Shown: piece after piece, positions 21,601-31,507 of the stretch | Numbering within the stretch: position 1 is the stretch's first letter | How the letters are laid out: each line of letters begins with the position of its first letter | From: Ministeria vibrans ATCC 50519 | Taxonomy: Eukaryota; Protista; Filasterea | NCBI GenBank assembly: GCA_943704425.1 | Contig: CALSCP010002369.1 | Coordinates: 1 to 34,210 of the forward strand | Reading direction: 5' to 3' | DNA length: 34,210 bases | Made by a program: the position numbers and the translations under genes | The notes under the pieces: generated by a model | Told to the model about the DNA's origin: nothing | The model's database searches: none | The model's input: only the letters and a program-made list of their open reading frames with translations

Positions 21601-24042
21601 CAGTGCCAACAAGGCGACTCACTGTACATCTATGAGAATCCTTATGGACAATGCATGGCCTATCAGGCGGGTCTGATTCCCGAGCAATGTCTTGCATCCT
21701 GCAGCGCACACCGCTCGTGTGAGTCGTGTCAAAGTCAACCCGAGTGTGGCTGGTGTTCCGACGGAAGCGAGACGGGCCAGGGTGTGTGTACCGAAGGCAG
21801 TCTGAGTGTATCCTCGAGTGTGTGTCCCGCGCCCCAGTGGCACTTCGCCGACTGCCCCCTGTGCCAGTGCAATGGACACTCTACCTGTGATACGGTCAAT
21901 GGCACAGCCACCGACATGTGTAGCAACTGTACCAACAACACGACAGGCACACACTGTGAGTCGTGTGTGCCGCTGTACCATGGCGATCCCATCAACGGTG
22001 GACAATGCTCCGAGTGTGTCCAGTCGTACGGTGACATTGAGTGCTTTGCCTGCTCTCCCGTCTCCGGTGCGTGCATCAACTGTGCAAACTACACGACTGG
22101 AGATACCTGTGAAATGGTCAGAGAACAATTTGAGAGCCAACAACATTAATTCTGATTTTTTTTTACTCCTCTCTTTTAGTGTTCTGGGGGATTCTTCAAT
22201 ATGACCAATGTAAATGACACAAGTCCACTCGTGACTGTGTCTGGGCAGCCTATCAACTGTGTCCTTTGTGATTGCAATGGGCAGAGTTCAGTGTGTGACA
22301 GTCACACAGGTGAAAATGAGAGGAGTGTGAGAGAAGAAAATGATGTTATTAAATTTTTTGTTGGTATAGGGGATTGTTCGTGTTTTCCTAATTATGCGGG
22401 AACGCACTGTCGAGAGTGTTCGAGTGTGGCCGAGAAGCGTTCTGACAGTGGCGATGTGTGTTACTTTCTTCTTGAAGTGAACGAAAAGGTACAATGAAAT
22501 AGTCAGTGAGTGAGAGAGAGAGAGACAAGTGGGAGAAAGACCTCTCAAACTCTTTTTTATTTTTGTTGTTTTTCTTTTTCTCCACTCACGCGCACGCACA
22601 ACTCTCGTAGGAAACCTTCCGATACGAGTCCAACTTTGTCTTTCCACCGCACCCTAATGGCGTTGACATGGAAATGCACCTTACCATCCTCCTCACACCT
22701 GCTGCTCCCGGTTACCTCCTCAACATGTCCTCATACTCACCAAGTACGCAACGGCTTCACGAACTGACTCACTGACTGACTCACGCACCCTTTTGGTCAC
22801 TCTCTTCCTTACTCACTCACCGATTGACTTACTATCTTTTTCATATCCTTACCCCCTCACCGATTGACTTTATGCCTCTTTTTTTTTAAAAAATCCTTAC
22901 TCTCTCACCGATTGACTTTATGCCTCTCTTTTTTCATAAGGTGGTGAATTTTTCAAGCAACTTGAGACGAATGAGTATCTTACTCGAGCGGCTTTGTATG
23001 TGCGGGCTATTCCTGAAACGGATTTCATTCAAGGTGGAAATTGATACTTTGAATCATTGCTTCATTTTGACTGTCACCTACTCTTTTTTTTCTATCGTAA
23101 CCTATGACGAACTCACTCTCTATCCCTTTTCTTTTCTCTCTCTCTCTTTCTCTCTCTGTGTGTGTGATTAGGTGGACGAATCTACGTTGTCCTGATTGCG
23201 CCCTCTTTGGGCACTCCTCTCTACACCATTGAGTTCAAGCAGAACGCACGACCCCTGAATCTTATCCACTTCTTCACCACCTTCTTTGCCTGTTTCTTTG
23301 CTCTGCTCATTTTGGCCTACTTTTCATGGAGAGTCAAAACGCGAATGGAGATAATGCGGGATGTGCAAGAACGAGAAATTGAAATGACCCAAATGGCCTC
23401 GCGACCCTTCTCCTGTACGTCTGTCTCTCTCTTTCTTTTCCAGTTGCATACTGGTGTCGCTCTACATCACTTTGTTTCATTTTCTCATCTGACAGTCTCT
23501 CTCTCCACCACTTTGTTTACTTCCCTCCTCTCCCTATCAATTTGTTCTTTGTGTGTGTTTCTCACAGTCTTTCTCTCTTTCAGGTGTTGTGATTTGGGAT
23601 CTTGCGCGAGTGCGTCGTAGGCACAAAGCTCGCACAAGTCGCTGTGTGGCCGTGGCCAGCCAGGAACTCGCCCACCCCGACGCAACCCTTCAGACGTTTG
23701 TCTTTGATATGCCCTACGAGAAGGTACCGCGACAATTCACCACTTCCTCGACTGTGATTGACATTTGCGGGTGTGACATAGGAGCAAGCGCGGTCGTTTG
23801 TCCTTGGCAGTGGCTTCATGACCACCACCACATACACTCGCAAGCTGGGTCCTCCATCACACGGCTCATCCTCACGACGAGGACTCACCGAAAATGATCA
23901 ACTCACCGACACGAACAATAACAATGCGTCACCGTCAGACGCAGCACCCCACGCGCACAACAGCAACGGTAACAGTAGTCTCCATGTAGCAGCCTCACCG
24001 CCCATAGTGCTGCGTGTGCCTGTCTCAGACACACACGCCTGA
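18689..24042 (+). CDS. ATRN: Attractin-like type I membrane protein (signal peptide, CUB, EGF, kelch, PSI, laminin-EGF, TM, MASRPF tail), 9 exons
   Basis: Exons 18689-18818, 19364-22116, 22180-22309, 22370-22488, 22611-22743, 22941-23033, 23172-23414, 23584-23723 and 23782-24042, all in phase. Motifs: ECSWDFLFV..HFYSD (CUB), CPFNCSSHGSC (EGF), kelch GG repeats, CGWC PSI repeats, CPLCQCNGHSTC, TM NLIHFFTTFFACFFALLILAYFSWRVK and EMTQMASRPFS. Confidence 0.92.
22810..22935. repeat. Three imperfect 40-48 bp tandem copies in attractin intron 5
   Basis: CTCACCGATTGACTT at about 22817, 22856 and 22904, each followed by a pyrimidine run. Confidence 0.8.
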
Positions 24043-24184
24043 TCACACACAGAGGGAGAGAGGGAGGAGCGAGAGGAGGCAGAGAGAGAGAGAGAGAGAG
24101 AGTGAGAGAGGAGGGAGAAAGAGCAAAGTGATAAAGAGAGACATATAGAGAGATTGATTGTGTAAAATAAAGACCAATGAATAA

Positions 24185-26163
24185 CTAGCGATTTGCGTTC
24201 ATAAACTCCGTCATAAACTCCACCAGCTTCTGAGTCTCCTCCACCGACATGGCATTGTACAGGGACGCGCGAATCCCCCCAACCGAGCGATGGCCCTTGA
24301 GCTGCAGAAGCTTGTGCGCCTCAGCCTCGGCCAGAAACTTCTTCTCGAGTGCGTCATCGCCCGAGCGGAGACGGAATGGAACGTTCATGCGGCTGCGGAA
24401 TTCAGTTTTGACCGGCGCACTGTAAAAAAAACAAAAAAAAACATAAAAAACAAACAAACAAACATAAAAAACATACAAAACGAGAAGAATTAAAGGGTGA
24501 AGTTTGAGAATAAGACATACTCAGAAATAAAGTGCATATAATAATATTATATATATTCATGTGTGTGTGTGTGTGTGTGAGTATAATTGAATGTACAAAA
24601 ATCTTACGAGTAGAAGCCGTCCGACGAATCAATGAGGCTGTAAACCAGTTTGGATTTTGCGTCGCTTCGCTCGTTCATTGCTAAAACAGAAAAATAAAAG
24701 TAAGATCTTCTCTCTTTTATGTTGCGTGAGTGTTTTTGTACCTTCGACAGAGCCGTTGTTGATAATCCACTTCAAAACGAGTCCAACAATGTAAATGCTT
24801 CAGAAAAGAAACAAGTGAGTGAATGTGCAGGTGAGCGAAGCAAAAATTGTTACCTCCAGCAAGGGGGAGTGTTGTAGAGTGAGTTTGAGTCAGAGAGTTG
24901 CTTGTACGACAGCATGACGGGAGTTGAGGCACGCTGCTTGCCAAGGAGATCGTCACGGACTGCATTTGGGTTGTTATGCAGGTGAGCATTGTGATTTAAG
25001 AGGGGTAGGATTCTCATTGGGTTGTCAATAGGATTACAACATAGCATTGTGATTTAAGAGGGGTAGGATTCTCATTGGGTTGTCAATAGGATTACAACAT
25101 AAATTTTGATAATTGGGCTGGAACATCAAACAGTTGGTCTCTTGCTTACTAATGACAATGGTCACGCCCGCACAGCCAATGTTCTTCTGCGCACCAGCAA
25201 AGATAAGGCCAAACTTGGTGATATCAATGGCACGCGAGAGAATGGTCGACGAGAAATCACCGACAAGGGGCACGTTGGGGAAGGTCTCGGGGATGAAGTC
25301 CAGCTCGACACCTACTCAAAGTGGACGCTACCTGTGAGACACCCGTCTCTCTTTCTCAATCTCTTTGTCAGTGTTTCTCTCGGTGTACCATCGACGGTTT
25401 CGTTGGCGCAGTAGTAGAGGTAGTCGGCCGATTCGGAGCGAGTCCATTCACTTTGCGCTGCCGGGCCGGTGTAGCCCTTAGTTTCGCTCTTGGGCACCAC
25501 CAGGTTGACATTGCCAAAGCGCTTGGCCTCTGCCGCCGCCTTGGCCGACCACGAGCCGGTGACAATGTAGTCGGCTGAGCCGCCCTCCGACATGAGATTG
25601 AGAGGCACCTGCGCAAACTGCGTGCTGCCTCCGCCCTGCACAAAGAGGATCTTGTAGTTGGCGGGAATGTTGTACAGCGTGGTCAGGTTAGACTTGGCTG
25701 TCTCGAGGATTTGCTAGAGAGCAGAGGAGAAGCGGAGAGGAAAGTGAGCGCATAGAATTGAGATCAGATCGGCGTTTATGCTTTTTTGGTTTCGCGCTGA
25801 CAAACCTCGAAAGTTTTGGAGCGATGCGACAGTTCCTATAGGTAGAAGAGAAGAGGAAGGTGTGAGCAGGAGAGAAGAGTGCAGTTTGAGAGGGGTTTGT
25901 CGCTGGAGCGGTTGAGAGAGCAAATCACGCCTCATTCACGTGTCAATCTTGTTGAAGACAAAAATCAACGGGAAGGAGGATCAAAGGGCAGGCAACGGGG
26001 GGGAACGGGCCCAGCGGTGGCTATGGAGGGCGGCGGGGGGGCGTACCATGACGCCGATGCCCGTGCCGGCGTAGTCGAGCATGTCGCGCGCCGCCTCGTT
26101 GAGCACGGCGGTTGGCAGCTTGGCGGGGCCAGCAGCAAAGTTGATAACAGCACGATCAGACAT
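24185..26163 (-). CDS. PSAT1: Phosphoserine aminotransferase, 8 exons
   Basis: Exons 26163-26047, 25835-25806, 25713-25389, 25311-25150, 24959-24854, 24797-24742, 24680-24608 and 24419-24185. Motifs: [50 protein letters not shown] (PLP lysine), [32 protein letters not shown]. Confidence 0.97.
24985..25101. repeat. Perfect 58 bp tandem duplication in PSAT1 intron 4
   Basis: AGCATTGTGATTTAAGAGGGGTAGGATTCTCATTGGGTTGTCAATAGGATTACAACAT at 24985 and again at 25043. Confidence 0.95.
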
Positions 26164-26276
26164 GGTCGTCGGGGTTGGTGAAGGAGAATGAGGTAAGAGG
26201 TGAGAAAATTTTACCCTCAGTTCCTATTCATTTCACATCGTTTGTAGATTGTAATATTTATTGTAACAGGTGAAAA

Positions 26277-26902
26277 TTAAGCAGTGGCCAAGACGCCAAA
26301 GGTGACGAGAGAGACGATCTTGACGGCATCGGCCGCAACAAAGAACACATGGGCTTTGGACGGGGGCACGTCCTTGCCCGCCGCAATGGCCAGTGCGCGC
26401 TCCGCCAGAACCGGCTACGGCAATATGAGTGAACTCGGTGCATTCCAAACGACTGTCGAGTACCTGTACAAAGAGGGACTGGAGCGTGCGCGCGGCAAGA
26501 GCGGCGCCAAGCAGCAGTCTGCCCTGTGGCGGCAGTGCAGAGGGATTGGCGTAGACAGCAGCAGCCGTGCCTGCCACAAACAGCCACTCCAGCTTCTCCA
26601 CTGCAGCGAACACGGTGCGTCCAACATCAACTGCAACCTTACGCTCCAGGAGAGGTGCCTGGAAAGTGGTGTGTGTTCCAAACGAGCGAAATGACACAAT
26701 CACTTTCTTCGCACTTCACTAAACTCACCTTAAACTTGGCAACAGCTTCAACACCGATGCACACAACGCTGCCGGCCCACATAAGTGCTGTGTACAGCAG
26801 CAGGGAGAGAGACAAGGGGCATCAGAAGGAGTTCACTTTCGTGTCATCAAATATAATGTTTTGCGTTCCCGTACCAGGGATTGCTGGGTTAATCAAAACC
26901 AT
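26277..26902 (-). CDS. Small 4-TM membrane protein (DUF4149/TMEM205-like), 139 aa, 4 exons
   Basis: Exons 26902-26875, 26787-26729, 26658-26464 and 26414-26277 give MVLINPAIPALMWAGSVVCIGVEAVAKFKAPLLERKVAVDVGRTVFAAVEKLE...QPVLAERALAIAAGKDVPPSKAHVFFVAADAVKIVSLVTFGVLATA*. The EA.xKFxAP...GRxVF and PPSxxH motifs match a family I recall mainly from bacteria. Confidence 0.8.
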
Positions 26903-27055
26903 GGGAATAGTCAAATGTCAATAGTAAGTTAGAATATGCTACACAATGGGATCGACCAAAATGTCAGATTGGGAGTGAATAAGTTTAAAATATTTTCATT
27001 TCTTTTGTTATTAATTATTGTTAATATTGATTTCCTTTGACCTTTCCCTGACAAC

Positions 27056-27826
27056 ATGACTCATTTCGAAATGCAATTTACTGATGCGCATCGCAAGCTT
27101 CTTGACTTATCAGAGTCTTGCGCGCAAGCAGCGTCCGCGCTATTTGCTCTCTCGCGAAAGGTTGCCTGGATACCGCATCAACAACAGACTAATCATGATT
27201 ATGTTGATACCTCGGTTGGTCACACATGTTATCAGACGAATGACGCTACATATGGTCCAGAAGAGACCGAAGAGGATGACGAGAGTGCCCGAGTATGGGA
27301 TGAGTTGGCAGGGAGTTGGTCGTCGTCGTCGTTGTCTTCCGACGACGAATGGCAGCGCGATACACAAGGCCCTCTGCTGCGCCGTTTGGAAACGCCTCCC
27401 ATGGACGGGAGTCAGTGGATGGAAGGGAAGAAGAAGAGCAAGCATGTGGATGCTAACTTTGCCCAGAAGAGTCCACAAGGATCGCTGCGTGGGCGGGAAA
27501 AGCTGTGTGTCAGAAGCGGCCGGGGTCGAGAAAAAACGCGCAATTTTATACATACTTTTCCATGCCAATATTGCGCGAAGCGCTTTGCTCGCAGCAATGA
27601 ACTAAAGTAGTACGAACGATGCCACACGGGCGAACGCAAGTTTCGCTGCTCAACCTGCGGGCGATCATTTTCGCACTCGGATCATTTAACGACACATTCA
27701 AGGACTCACTGTCGCGTCAAACCGTACGCCTGTCACTCCTGCGACAAGCGGTTTGCATACTAAGACGAGCTCAAAAGACACTCTCGAGTTCACATTGATA
27801 GAGTCAAAAGCGCTGTAAAATCTTGA
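27056..27826 (+). pseudogene. EGR/Krox-like triple C2H2 zinc-finger gene with two in-frame stops
   Basis: Reading through TAG 27608 and TAA 27761 gives FPCQYCAKRFARSNELK*YERCHTGERKFRCSTCGRSFSHSDHLTTHSRTHCRVKPYACHSCDKRFAY*DELKRHSRVH, ending at TGA 27824-27826. Confidence 0.8.
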
Positions 27827-27878
27827 TATTTTTGTAAAAACTTTTCGTGTAGGAATGATTATCCATTTTCTCTCAATA

Positions 27879-29781
27879 TTATGTTGTGTGTTGGTTGCGC
27901 GGAGTAGTCACAACTGAGGTAGATCCATGGAAAAAATGCGATTCCTCAAAGTCTTCAAGGTCACCTTCACAGTGGTCGTCTTGGGAAAGGTGCTTAATCC
28001 ACTCCTGATCCGTTCCCTTTCTGGCCACATCGGGGACGGTGGAGGTGAAGGTGGAGGTGGTAGCGGAGGCGGAGGTCAGGAAGTCCGAGGAGCAGTTGAT
28101 GGAGGGGTCGAGAGAGGACGGACTCACTGCGGTAAGGTCTTCGATATCGGCCACCGGTTCGTTGGCGACGTCTCGGTCGTCCATGCTACGCACTGTTGTT
28201 GTACTCTGATGAATTTTCTGTTTCTTCGTCTTCCTGGCCGCATCGGAGGCGGTGGAGGTGGAGGTGGTGGCGGTTGCTCCTTCGGCTGGGAAGGGGTAGT
28301 CGGAGCCACATCCGTCGTCGCATGAGTATTGGTTAAAATTGAGCACGTCATCCACGTTTGTCCCGTCCTCGTCGTTGTCCACCGGTTCGTTGGCGACGTC
28401 TAGGTCGTCCATGCTCTGCACTGTTGTTGTTGCCATTGAAGCGCAGTTGGTAGGCACATCTGAGCTGTCGAAAGTGTCGCGTTTGCGCTTCTTCTCCTTG
28501 AAGACCTCTTCGACACCGTACTTTTCCAGCTGCTCGGACATGATCCAGTCGTTGCTTGCGGGAGTGCAGGATTCATCACTGAGGTCAAGGCGGTGGGGGT
28601 TTTTGTCGTCGTTATTGTAATGAATCTCTCCCTTCACTTTGGCGAGGTGTTCGATGGCGTGCCGGTTGGCGTCGTTGATCCGAACTGGTTCGAGGTCGTG
28701 TGGCGTTTTGCACGCAAGACACCTCAATTTCGACAAGGGGTTGTCTGGAACTTCGGCCAAAAATTTGTGCACCTCGATCAAGTGCTTGCAGAGGCGCCCA
28801 ATTCTAAGAGAAGAGAAGAACGCGAAGAATAAGATAAAAAAGAGAAAAAAAAAGAAGAAAAAAAAAAAAGAAAGAAAGGGGCAAACCTGGTAAAATGCTC
28901 ATCACAGGCTTCACAGGTAAATTTGTGGACCACTGTCTTGGTAGTGAGATGGCCAGTGATACGGCGCACTCGTGCCCAGGGAAGGCGGTGGTATGTGATG
29001 GTAATATCATTGATGGTGAAAGTCAGCTGAAACAAACAAAACAAAATTAGTGATGAAAAAAACTGAAACGCGTTTCGTTTTCGTTCGTTTTGCGTTTCGC
29101 TTTGCCGCTTTGCAGGTTAATCGCTGCGCGCGCCCACAAAGCAGGTACACATACAACCACCATAAACCATGAAGTTTGGTATGCTCAGCGACGCGCTGAG
29201 CGAAAGAGCAGTAAAGGTTGAAGAGAAGTTCAACATAATTATAAAAAAACGCATCGCGAAGAGCAAAGAGAATCAAAATCGCCTGTATGCTTCTCATGCC
29301 CATAGAAAACTACGGTGCACACTGTACAGTAGAAAGTAAACAAGGGTGGGGGTTATGAATCGAGCAGGAAAGGCGTTTTTAAACTGAAAAAAAAAAAAAA
29401 AAACCAAAGAATCGACCAAAACAAAAAAGAAAAGAGAGACTCTCCAGGGACACGATTTTTCACAAGGGCTTAGATAAACACCACTGGTATGCAGTAGAAG
29501 AAAGGCGAGGGAGAGAGAGAGCTGTTGTGAGCCAGGCTGGGCGACGAAACGATTTTTCTTCGCGTGACACTACCAAGCCGAGAAAGCCCATTCCTTACCA
29601 TTAAAATGATAAACTGGCAGACCAAGGCACTGGCGTTGAATTCTTTATAGGCTTGGCGAAAAGCTGGGTAGTTCGGGTCGTCGCGGTACGTTTCATTGAG
29701 TGTCTCAAGTAACTTTCTTCTGATGCCAGTCAACATTTGGGATGAGAGGGGAGGACTCGGCGTCTTCTTCGTTCGCGGCAT
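27879..29781 (-). CDS. C2H2 zinc-finger protein with basic NLS-like motif and acidic, internally duplicated C-terminus, 3 exons
   Basis: Exons 29781-29599, 29026-28887 and 28803-27879. Splicing builds FTCEACDEHFTR|IGRLCKHLIEVH. There is a second atypical finger CLAC...HAIEH and a KKRKR motif. The exon 1 link is less certain. Confidence 0.72.
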
Positions 29782-30302
29782 GGCTCAATAGACAATAATG
29801 ATGTGTAGGTTGTAGAACGGGCAGTCGCGACTTCAAGAAGTAGTCGGGTTTTTGTCGTGCGAAGAGACGAAAAATTGTGTGTGAATGAAACATTTTTTGA
29901 GTCAGTGATCAATCTATGAATAGTTGTTGCGATGTATCCCGGGTTTGCGTGTTTTTCTTCTCCAATCTGCACTCTGCAACCGATTTCCCGTATGCACTTA
30001 AAAAGATGACAACAAAATACGGATACTTGATAAAGTTGCGCACAAAAGCCGGTCAGCGTTTAAATTTCGGAACGGAGGAGCTTTCACACTTTAAAACGGT
30101 TGTATAACTTGTATTTCAAGTAATTGGCCCTAAGTTCAATCCATCATTTACATCTTTTCAATTATTCCATATTACTCATGCGAACTATATTATTGAGCAC
30201 TCCCAATTTGAAATTTCAGACATTTCTAATTCGATTTGTAACACACCAAATTTGCACAAACACAAAAGCGACTCAAAAGTCAGAATTCAGAACGTTTTTT
30301 GA

Positions 30303-31308
30303 ATGAAGCTCCCAGTGGCCCTTCAAGGTGACTTGGGTGACTCGGATGAGAAAGTGGAGCGCGTTGAGGTCATTCAGGAGCTGTGGGCGAAATACGGGAC
30401 GTTGAAGCGATATTTTTTGATCTCAAATTCAACTCACCAGCAACGCACAGTTGTCGTCAAACACATCGAGATTCCCTCCACTGTCCCTCCAAGTGTCGGA
30501 AACCGTCGAAAAATACGATCGTATCAAGTGGAACAGACCTTTTACGAGCACTTCTCGTCCGAGGTCGAAGGAATGGTCAGCGCGCCCGTTTACGTCTCTC
30601 TTCTGCTCCCTCTCACACCGTCTTCTCCTTCCTCAGGTCCCCAAACTCCTCGGCGTCGGCCGTAGCCATGGCGAGGCCATTGCACTTGAGGATGCAGACG
30701 TGCACCATGCCGGACGGCGCGACACCACGACGCTGGATGAGGCATCGCTCTGTCTGCAATGGCTGGCTCGATTCCACCGAACTTTTCTGCATCGTTCAGT
30801 GGCCGGAGACTGCGAAGAGCGCTCTCTCTGGTCCACAGGCTGCTACTGGCACCTGGACACGCGCCAGGAGGAGCTACAGCGGATGGAGGACAGCGATGAG
30901 CTGAAGGAACGCGCGGCAGAGCTTGACGCGCGTCTTGAAGGCGCCCAGCACAAGACCATTGTCCACGGCGACGCCAAGGTCGCCAATTTCTGTTTTGGCG
31001 AGCGCTCTGTAGTTGCCGTAGATTTTCAATACTGTGGCCAGGGTATTGGTGTGCGCGACGTGGCCTACTTCCTGGGCAGTGTGTTCAATGATACGCAACT
31101 TGAGCGACACGCCGACGCTCTCTTGACGCACTATTTTTCCCACCTCCAATGCGGAGAGGAGGTCGAGCGTGAATGGCGTCTCTTGTACCCGGTGTGCTGG
31201 GCCGACTTTGAACGATTTCTACGTGGCTGGTCGCCTGGCCATTGGAAGAGCGGACGGTTTGCCGCGCAGATGGTCAAGAGTGCTCTTGCAACAAAAAGTC
31301 CATCTTAA
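30303..31308 (+). CDS. APH/choline-kinase-like small-molecule phosphotransferase, 2 exons
   Basis: Exons 30303-30575 and 30637-31308. Motifs IQELWAKYG, VVVKHI, SYQVE, LEDA, WLARFH, HGDAKVANF (Brenner-type catalytic loop), VDFQY, DVAYFL. Confidence 0.9.
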
Positions 31309-31507
31309 TGGAACTGAATTATTTTATATCATGTACTTTAAAACTTTTTTTGTTACGACTGTTGGCACCCAACTAAATATCTGATTGTGGAAACACTTGC
31401 ACACACAACGCTTCTTTTTTATAGCTTTTTTTTACTTCATAACAACAACAATCTCTCTCTCTCTCTCTCTCTGTGGCTCTGTCTCTTTCTCTCTATCTCT
31501 CTCTCTT

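Noticed and set aside
27608-27763. Genome-wide TAA/TAG reassignment
   Set aside because: CFAP298 ends in TAA and PSAT1 in TAG at the expected positions. The long genes have no internal stops, and the polyQ tracts use only CAA/CAG.
29182-29200. Hairpin GCTCAGCG-ACG-CGCTGAGC in a zinc-finger gene intron as a Helitron or MITE end
   Set aside because: No CTRR terminus at the expected distance, and no terminal inverted repeats or target-site duplication found.
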